Shown: positions 35,501-43,428 of the stretch, one piece after another
Numbering within the stretch: the first letter of the stretch is position 1
How the letters are laid out: every line of letters begins with the position of its first letter
Assembly: GCA_004431415.1 (NCBI GenBank)
Contig: QPMI01000310.1
Location: 1 to 43,428 of the forward strand
DNA from: Cyanophora paradoxa CCMP329
Taxonomy: Eukaryota; Plantae; Glaucophyta
Length of the DNA stretch: 43,428 nt
Reading direction: 5' to 3'
The notes under the pieces: model-generated
Seen by the model: only the letters and a program-made list of their open reading frames with translations
What the model was told of the DNA's origin: nothing
The model's database searches: none
Translations under genes and position numbers: made by a program

Positions 35501-38500
35501 GCGGCGCCAACCCGACCCCGGCCCCGGGCCCCGCCAACCCAACCCCGCCAACCCGACCCCCGCCCCCGCGGGCCCGGCCCCGGCCCCCGCCCCGGCGAAC
35601 CCGACGCCGCCGCCGGCCCCGGGCACCCGCCGCGGCCTGCTGCAGGCGCCGCCGCCGGCGCCGGCGAACGAGACGCGGCCGCCGCGCCCGAAGCCCTCGA
35701 CGGGGCGCGCCCGCATGGAGGCCCTCCGCCGCCTCTCCCGCCTCGTCACCCGCGCCAAGAACAGCTTCTGCGCCGACCCCAACCGCCAGCGCCTCCCCGT
35801 CGCCACGCGCAAGCCGCGCACGGCCGCCGCGCTCTGCAACCTGACGCGGCCAGTCGTGGACCCGCTGAGCACGCGGGGCGCGCGGCCGCGGGACGTGGTG
35901 GCGGCGCTGGGAGTGAGGCCGCCGACGCAGCTGGACGTGGCGTGCGACGCCTGCGCGGGGATCGCGACGCTCTTCTTCAAGCGCCTCAACGGCACCTTCC
36001 TCGTCCGCAAGCCCGCCCTCTACTGCGCCCTCAACGCCCCCTACTCCCAGGTCCCCGCGGGCCCCCGCCGCCCCGCGCCCCCCGCCCCGCCCCGGGCTCG
36101 TGCCGGCCGGGCCCGAGCGCGCCGCCGCCCCCGCCCGCCGCAGAAGGACGTCGGGGTGGTGGGCGGCATCACCCGCGCCTTCTATCCCGACGACAAGCGC
36201 CCGACGAGCGACATGACCACCCAGTTCCGCGGGTGCGGAGGGCCCCCGCGCCGCTCTGCTCCACGCGCGCGACGTCCATCCGACCTCTCCGACCCGCGCG
36301 CAGGCTCTTCGCGGCGTGGGCGCTGGCGACGGGCACGGACCAGCGCCGCCCCTCCGTCCAGGCGTGCAACAACATCACCACGGTCCGCCCCCCCGCGCCG
36401 CCCGTCGAGCCCGCGCGCGTTCCTCGGATGATGCCGGGCCCGCCGCTCACGAAGCTCGTGCGCAGGTCTTCAAGGATGCGAACGCGACCGACGCCCCCTG
36501 CGCCCCCTTCCTCAACTGGGCGGTGCGATGGCGTGGGGGAGGGGGAGGGGGCGTGAGGGGGTGGCGGCGCCCTGGGGCCCCGGGCGGCGGCGAGGCTGAG
36601 GGGCCGGCGGCGCAGGACACGACCCTGGCGTCGTGGTGGGGCTCGATCTGCCCGAGGTCTGCCCCGGGCGCCCCTCGCGGGCCCCGCCGCCGCCCCGCCG
36701 CCTCTGACGGGCGCTGCGCAGCTTCGTGAGCAAGGCGCTCGCGAAGCTCGACAAGGCGGCGTCCGACAGGGCCGGCCGCCGCGTGCGCGCCACCGTGGTG
36801 CGCGCGCGCGCCCCGCCCCGCCGCGGCGCCCTCGACGCCTTGGCCGGGGCCGACGCGGCCCGCGGGGGGCGGCAGATGAGCGTGGACGCCATCCCGCAGT
36901 CCCTCGACATGCTCGCCCTCGAGTGCAGCGCCGCCCTCCAGACCCGCCTCGACGCCCGCCGTGCCGTCCCCCCGCCGCTGACCGCCCCGCCGGCTCAGTC
37001 GCTGACGCGGGGGCCGGGCATGCGCAGGCGGCGGCAACGCGGGGTGCCGGTTCGGCCCACGCGCCCTCCCGCCCGACTTCGCGGAGATGTTCCGCGCCGC
37101 CAAGGCCCGCGGCGAGGTCAACGGCACCCGCGCGCTCCCGAGCCGCCGGCCCCGCGCCGCGGCCCTCTTCCTCGAGTTCGAGTCGGAGGCCGCCTGCAAC
37201 CGCTCCCTCGCCGCCGGCGACGCCCTCGTGCAGGCGGAGATCTACGCGCACGTCGCCGGCCACAACGCGAGCATGGGGCAGCTCGCCCCCAACCAGTTCG
37301 CCGTCGGCGAGCGCCGCTGCGTCCCCCGCCCGCCAACGCCTCGGGCTCGAGCCCGCCCAGCGCCGGCCCCGCCGGCCGCCGCGCGCTGCTTCAGGCGGCG
37401 ACGTCGACGCCGTACGTCGGCTACGTGCCGGTGACGGTGAACTACGACGCGTCGAGCGTGGACGCGCCGCTCCCCGACGACGTGCTCGCCGCGCTCGCCG
37501 GCTCGAGCATCGCCTCGGTCGCGGGCGGGCGGGTCGCCGGCCTCGCCTACGCCCAGCGCGCCCTCCGCTCCATCGCCCTCCCCTCCTCCGCCGCCGCCGA
37601 CATCGCCGCCGCCCTCGCCCTCAACTGCACGGCCGGCGACGCCGCCTGCCTCGAGAAGCAGCAGGCCGGCGCCGCCGCCGCGTGCTCGGGCGGCACCGCC
37701 AACGCCGAGGCGTGCAAGGCCATCCAGGAGAAGCTGCTGGGGAGCGCGTGCGCCGGGGCCGGCGGCGGCTGCGGCCTCGCCCTCGGCCTCGTCTGCAAGA
37801 GCGACGACAAGGCCGTCAAGGCCCTCTGCAAGTCCCTCGCCGTCCGCCCCGGCCCCCCCCCCGCCCCCGCCCCCTCCCGCCCCCGGCAACCCGCTGTGAC
37901 GCGCGGAGGGCGGGGCGCAGAGGGTGGCGGTGGAGGCGAAGCGCGGCTTCCTGCTCGCCAACTTCGCGGCGCTCTTCCCGAAGGGCCGCCCCGCCTCCCT
38001 CCGCGTCTTCTTCGAGGAGGCCCTCGGTGCGCCCGCCCTGCTCCCCGCCACGGGACCCCGGGCCCGGGCGCCCGACCGCGGCGGGCGGGACAGGCCTGCT
38101 CGTCGTCTTCGTGCGCGGCGCCGAGTACAAGGTCACCTCCGTCAAGACCGCCCTCTACGTCCAGCACCCCGACAAGGCCGCCGTGCGCGCCGGCCATCTC
38201 CCTGCCCCTCGGGCCCCGCCTGACCCCCCCCGGAGTGCCTGGCGCGGCGGGCGGTCTGGTCGAGCGCGCGGGTCGGCTTCGTCAAGCAGCTCGTGCTGGC
38301 GCTCAACGCCCTGCGCAACGAGTCGGTCTACTACACGAGCGTGCGGGCGCGCAAGGGCTACGCCTGCGACGAGCAGGGCCGCGCCTCCTTCGGCGCCGAG
38401 GTCCTCGACGGTGCGGCGCCCCCGGCCCTCCGGCGCGCGCCCGGCCCGTCTGCTGGGGGCCCGACGCGCGCGCCGCCGCCGCGCCGCAGACATGTCCTCG

Positions 38501-39806
38501 GGGACCTCGCGGCGCTGCGGGAGGGGCAGAGGGCGGGGGCCATCTTCGCCGCCCTCCAGCAGCACGTCGCCGCCGGCGCCGTCACCGTGCGCCCCGCCCC
38601 CGCCCCCTGTCCCCTGCCGCCTGCGCGGGGGCCTCCAGCGAGCGGGGCGGGGCCGGGGGCGCAGGTCGACGGCCTCCGCGTCGTCCAGATCGGCGAGGGC
38701 GCCTCCGAGCAGGCCCGCCCCCGCCCCGCCCTCCCCGCGCCGGGCGCTGACGGCGGGGCGGGGGCAGGTGACGCGGGCCTTCTTCCGGGAGGAGGACCTC
38801 GCCTTCGTCTCGGGGCTCGCCCTCGTGCCCACCCTCCCCTACACCACGCAGTTCATCCTCCCCGTCCCCGCCGCCTGCGCCGTCCGCCCCCGCCCCCCGC
38901 CCCGACTGCATTCGGGCCCGCTCTTGACGCCGGCGGGGGCGCGGGGCGGGGCAGAACCTGACGGAGGGGTACCTCCCGAACGACGACGACGTCGACTTCG
39001 ACGGCTCCGTCGCCAAGCTCTCCCTCGCCGGTGCCCCGCTCGCACTCCGCGCGCCCCGCCCCGCGCCGAGCCGACGGGGCGCAGGGGAGATGTTCCGGCT
39101 CCTGAACGCGAGCGTGCCGGGCGTCGCGCGCACCTCCATCTACATCTCCAACATCACCTGCTCCGCCACCGAGGGGCACGCCCCGCCCCCCGGCCCCCGT
39201 CGCCCGCCGCGCCGCGCTCACGCGGGGCGGGGCGGGCAGGATGGTCTTCCTGGTGACGCTGGGGATGCCGGCGAACGACACCTCGGAGGGCGGCCTCTAC
39301 ATGCCCCCCGCCCTCGACCCCGACACCTCCGCCGCCCCCGCCCCCGCCGCGGACACCCCCGCCCCCGCCGCCAACGCCACCGCCGCCAACGCGACGTCGA
39401 CGCCGGCGGCCGCGGCGCCCTCGCCGACCCCGGCGGGGGCCCCGGCAACGCCACCCGGCGGGCCCTCCTCGCCACGAACCGGCGGCTGGCGCAGGGCACG
39501 TGCCCGCCCGGCCCCGACTACGGCGCCTGCCTCGCGCGCAGCCTGGCGGTGCGCCCCGCCCGCCCCACTCGCCTCCCGCCCGGCCCGCTCCGGTCGGGCT
39601 CGCCGCTGACCCCTGCCGGTGCCCGGCGCGCGCATGCGCAGGCCGAGCTCGCCAGCAAGGGCTTCCTCGGCTTCCCCATGGCGGCCCGCTCGGCGACCTA
39701 CCTCCCCATCCTCAGCAGCGCGGCGGAGGCCTCCGGCGCCGCCCTCTCCGCCGCGGCGACCCTCGCGGCCGCCCTCGGCGCCCTCCTCGCCCTCCGCCGC
39801 CTCTAG
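29547..39806 (+). CDS. Large secreted, probably GPI-anchored Cys-rich glycoprotein (~45 exons) with PSI-like motifs
   Basis: Signal peptide ALSWAALLVLAALVCAAAAA. Exons join in frame over about 10 kb apart from a few indels. Many N-x-S/T sequons. Ends SSAAEASGAALSAAATLAAALGALLALRRL*. Exons at 30200-30480 and near 35120 are uncertain, and it could be two genes. Confidence 0.7.
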
Positions 39807-40175
39807 GCGCACGAGGCGGGGGCTCGCCTTGGCTTCCCGGAGTCCCGCCGCCCCGCCCGGACTCGGGCGTGGCCTCGAGCCCGGGGGCACGGTCGAACTA
39901 GATCTCTAGATCTGCTGCAGAGAGACGCGCGTACGCTTATTTCGGTATTTCGTATTTCGGAATTCGAACTTCTTTCTTTCGCATATGAAACTAGGCGATC
40001 TCTTCGCGGATCGTCGAGTAATAAACGGATTGCAACCAATCAAATAAATGAACACGCGAGTCAGAGTCTGCCAATTGAACTGCACCGCGCAGTCTGCGCG
40101 CGCGCATGCCACTGTCTTGCAATTGAGAATCCCAATTCTGTTCAAACAATGGAGAAAAGGACATCATGATCAAGT

Positions 40176-43100
40176 CTAAAGCAGCATGCGCACATCATGG
40201 CATTCCGCGTAAACATCGAATCTGAATCTGACCGGTACCTCCGAACCTATACTAGGGGATACGGCGAGTACAGGGAGAGGCCGGGCTGGCCTGGCGAGGA
40301 GGGGGGCTCGAGGCACTGCGGCCTCAGACTCGCCCGGCCGGCGCCGGCGGGCGGCCGCACCTACTGGGACCACACGCGCACCCGGCCCTCGTCTTTGAAC
40401 ACCCCGTCCGCGTATTCCTCGTCCTCCTCCTCCTCCTTGTCCTCAGGCTCGCTCTCCTCCTCGCTCTCCTCCTCCTCCTCGCCATCGCTCTCCTCCTCCT
40501 CCTCCTCCTCCTCCTCCTCCTCCTCCTCCTCGCCGTCGCTCAGCTCCGCCCTCTCCTCGAAGCAGACGCGCACGCCGGGGAGCAGCAGCTGCACACGCGC
40601 GGCGGCCGGTCAGACGGGCCCGAACGGGACGCGGCGCCCGAGGGGGGCGGGCGGGGGGCGCCTTGACGGCCTTGCGCTCGTCGGCGCCCATCGCCCGCGC
40701 CGCGCTCCCCTTGAGCGTGAGCTCGCGCAGGCGGCACTCCGCCTACGCGCCGACCGCGCGCGCCGGTCAGAGAGAAGACCCGTCGCCGCCGGCCGCCGAG
40801 GCACCTTCCCGGGCTCGCCTCCGCGGGCGGCGAGGAGCATGGGGGCGACGGGCAGGGGGGACCACGCGACGAGCTTCCGCAGCGACGGAACTTCCCTCGC
40901 CAACCGCTGCGCACGCCCTCCGAGTTAGGGCGGCCCCGACCCGGCGTGGCGAGGGCGAGGCACTCGCCATCAGAAGCGCGCTTGGGACGGGTCTGGAGGA
41001 GGTGCGAATGCTGCGCAGCTCGAGGTGGCGCAGGGAGCGCAGCCTGGCAGGGCCGCGTCAAGGCCGCTCCACGAGCTGAAGGCGGGACGGGCGGCGCCGG
41101 CGCACCCCGCGAGGCTCGTTCCAGCGAGCGAGTCGAAGGTCCGCCAATTGAGGCGCAGGTCCGCGACCTGCGCCCGCGTCCGAAGAGCCTCGACGCGGTG
41201 CCAAGGGGACGGAGGTGGTGGGGGCGACGGCGGGAGGGGGGGCACCTCGAGCGCATGAAGCCCGGCGATCTGCTCGGTTACAGGGCCATCCTCCTGCGCA
41301 AAGCGCTGGGAGGGCGGCGGAGGGCGGGGCGGGGCGGCGAGGCGGGCACCTGGCGGAGGCGGAGGACGCGCAGGGAGGAGGCACGGGCGGCGAGGGGCGC
41401 CATGTCGATGTCGGGGTGAAGAACGGCGCTCAGGGACTTGAGAACGGACAAGCGGGGGAGGGAGAGATGAGCGGATGGCGAGGGCGCGAGGGGGTTGAGG
41501 GGGGGCGTGGCGCACCGTGAGCTTCGGCATCGCGGCGAGGAAGCCGATCGATGTGTACTCACAGCCGACGTCGAGCGCTGCGCCGCCGATCAGCGAGAGG
41601 CTTGCCAGGGGTAGGGAGAGGGGGGAGGGGGAGGGGGTGGGGTGGGGGCAGGGTGAAAGGGGGCGGGGAGGGTGAAAGGGGGCGGGGAAGGTGGGGATAA
41701 GGGGCGGGGGAGGGCGAGGGGAAGGGGAGAACGAGGCGGGAGGGGGGGGGGAGAAGGGAGGGGAGGGGAAGGGGACGGGGGAGAGGGGGGGGAGAAGGGA
41801 GGGAGGGAGGGGGAGGGGGGAGGGGGGAGGTGAAGGGAGGGGAGGAGGGGAGGGGGGAGGGGGGGCGGGTGGGGAGGAGGAGGAGTGGGGGAGCGGGAGA
41901 GGGGGCAGGGGGGAAATGCAGGGCTCACACTCCATGGCGGTGAGGCGGGCGAGGGACGCGGCCCCCTCGGGCCCACACGGGGGCCACTCCTTCCAGTCCT
42001 CCCTCACCCAGAATCCGATGCGGAGCCGCTTGAGGGCTTCGATTGATCAGCGGGTGCGGGGCGCGCGAACTCGGGGCGGCGGGCGGGGGCTCGCACCGGC
42101 GAGGCCGGCGACTCGGGCGAGGACAGGGTCGGCCTTCAGCAGTCTCCCGTCGGGCAAGGCGACGGAATCCGTCGGCACAAAGACGTCGAGGAAGAGGGCC
42201 TCCAGCGTGCCGGCGGCGGCGGAGAGCTCCAGGGCGTCCAGGCGCTCCACGTTCAGCGGGATCCTGCCGGCCCCCGGCCCCCGCGCCCCTCAGCGGGACT
42301 GGCGGCCCGCCCCGGCGCGGGGCGGCCGCACCCGCTGAGTCAAGCTCGCGGATGCCGCGGGCGAGGTTGGTGACGGGGTCGCGGCAGAGGGCGGGGGAGA
42401 GGGAGCGCCGGAAGCTGTCCTCCCTCGCATCGAAGTCGAAGTAGGGGACGCCCTTGCAGCGGAAGGCGATGGAGCAGAGGCGGGAGAAGCCAGCGAGGGG
42501 CAGGACGGACGAGTCGGGGCCGCCGCTCCACGCCACGTCGATGTGCGTGAGGCGCGGGAAGATCTCCTCCAGGCGCTTCAGGTGGGTCCAGTGGATGTCC
42601 CACGTTTCCACCCGCAGCCGCTGCGTCGCCCGCCGCGCCGACGCGGAAGCCGGCCAGCTGCAGCGCTTGAGGACGCGGTCCTGCGTGGTGTTGGGCTTGC
42701 CCAGCCGGAGAATCACCCGCTCCCACGCGCCGCCGTCCTCGTTGACGAGACGGCGGAAGCGGCGGCACACGATGCTGAGCAGCCGAAGCTGATCCGGGAC
42801 GACGTAGCCGTCCAGGTCCCCGAGCTCGCCTTTGCGGCAGCGGCCGAGCTCCGGGCAGCACGCCGGGCGTAGGGCCGGGCGGCGCCTCGAGCGACAAGCC
42901 AGGACGAAAACGCGCAGAAGCAGAGCGTCGGGGAGCGAGAGGATGCCTTCTTCTGCTGCATCGATATCGGCTTCGGAAGCAGCTGGTGTCGGCGGCAGGC
43001 CGGCGGGCGGTGTGTCGGCGGTTCCAGCGATCGTACGCGCCCGTTTCGGAGTCGAGGGCGCGCCCTCGCACGTCTCGGTACCTTTAGCGGAACGTCAGCG

Positions 43101-43182
43101 GACCGGAGACGCCGGAGGAATCGAATCAGGGCGCACCGACTTCACCGCGGCGCGCGCGCTTGTCCGCAGCTGCGGGGCTCAT
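40176..43182 (-). CDS. F-box / leucine-rich-repeat protein with a poly-Glu C-terminal tract
   Basis: ATG at 43182 (MSPAAADKRARR). Split F-box ILSLPDALLLRVF...LRLLSIVCRRFRRLV...AWERV. LRR-like units FPRLTHIDV, FSRLCSIAF, IRELD(L)SG, ALKRLRIG, MPKLTSLS and VPSLRKL. Stop is at 40361, or at 40176 if there is one more intron. Confidence 0.7.
41605..41915 (-). repeat. Intronic polypurine/polypyrimidine tract (G/A-rich on +, C/T-rich on the sense strand)
   Basis: About 300 nt of GGGGA/GGGAG-type runs inside an intron of the F-box/LRR gene. Confidence 0.8.
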
Positions 43183-43428
43183 GTCCGCGGTCGATGTTGC
43201 TCGATCGATGTGCTCGTCGATCGCTGCTCGGTAGCGCTAGCCTTGGCTTTCGCGCCAAGAAGAGCTCACTCGATCGTACGTACCCCTCCCTCGGGAACGA
43301 AACGGCTGAGCGCCTCGGCGCAGACGGCCGAGGCGTTGAGAGCCGCGATGGATTCTGGAGAGCGAGCGGAGAAGAGAGCCCGTGTTGGAGAGCCCGCTGC
43401 AGCTGTCGCGGCGACTCCGCAAGCTTCG

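Noticed and set aside
29547-39806. Similar-looking introns as Introner transposable elements
   Set aside because: The similarity is limited to low-complexity CCCCG/GGGGC arms and splice signals. I saw no long shared unique sequence or consistent target-site duplications.
1-43428. Prokaryotic operon, CRISPR array or defence island
   Set aside because: The genes are intron-rich and eukaryotic (NAP1, kinesin, F-box), and there is no repeat-spacer periodicity.

Overview
Gene-dense, very GC-rich eukaryotic nuclear DNA with many short spliceosomal introns (mostly about 55-110 nt). The ORF track is therefore largely misleading, and I rebuilt the genes by hand-splicing. I find 13 protein-coding genes: an NHL-repeat protein (3' part), an F-box protein, kinesin-8 (KIF19-like), a plastid-targeted NblB-like HEAT protein, two low-complexity hypothetical proteins, a RAY1-N-like glycosyltransferase, NAP1, a KIAA1143/DUF4604-like protein, a small DnaJ-type Zn-finger protein, REX4, a ~10 kb ~45-exon secreted/GPI-anchored protein, and an F-box/LRR protein. 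A nuclear, intron-containing NblB with an MSAF transit peptide next to a KIF19-like kinesin suggests a glaucophyte alga such as Cyanophora (inference). The most striking signal is the splicing code. About 30% of donors are GC, with consensus G(T/C)(G/C)CGC. Many introns have a C-rich 5' arm and a complementary G-rich 3' arm in place of a polypyrimidine tract, so they can fold into hairpins with the branch point in the loop. Other oddities are a kinesin missing the switch-I segment, two divergent genes whose start codons may share one CATG, and recurrent non-coding motifs. Several single-base frameshifts in C/G runs look like long-read consensus errors, so exon coordinates are approximate. I found no tRNA, rRNA, CRISPR array or clear transposon.
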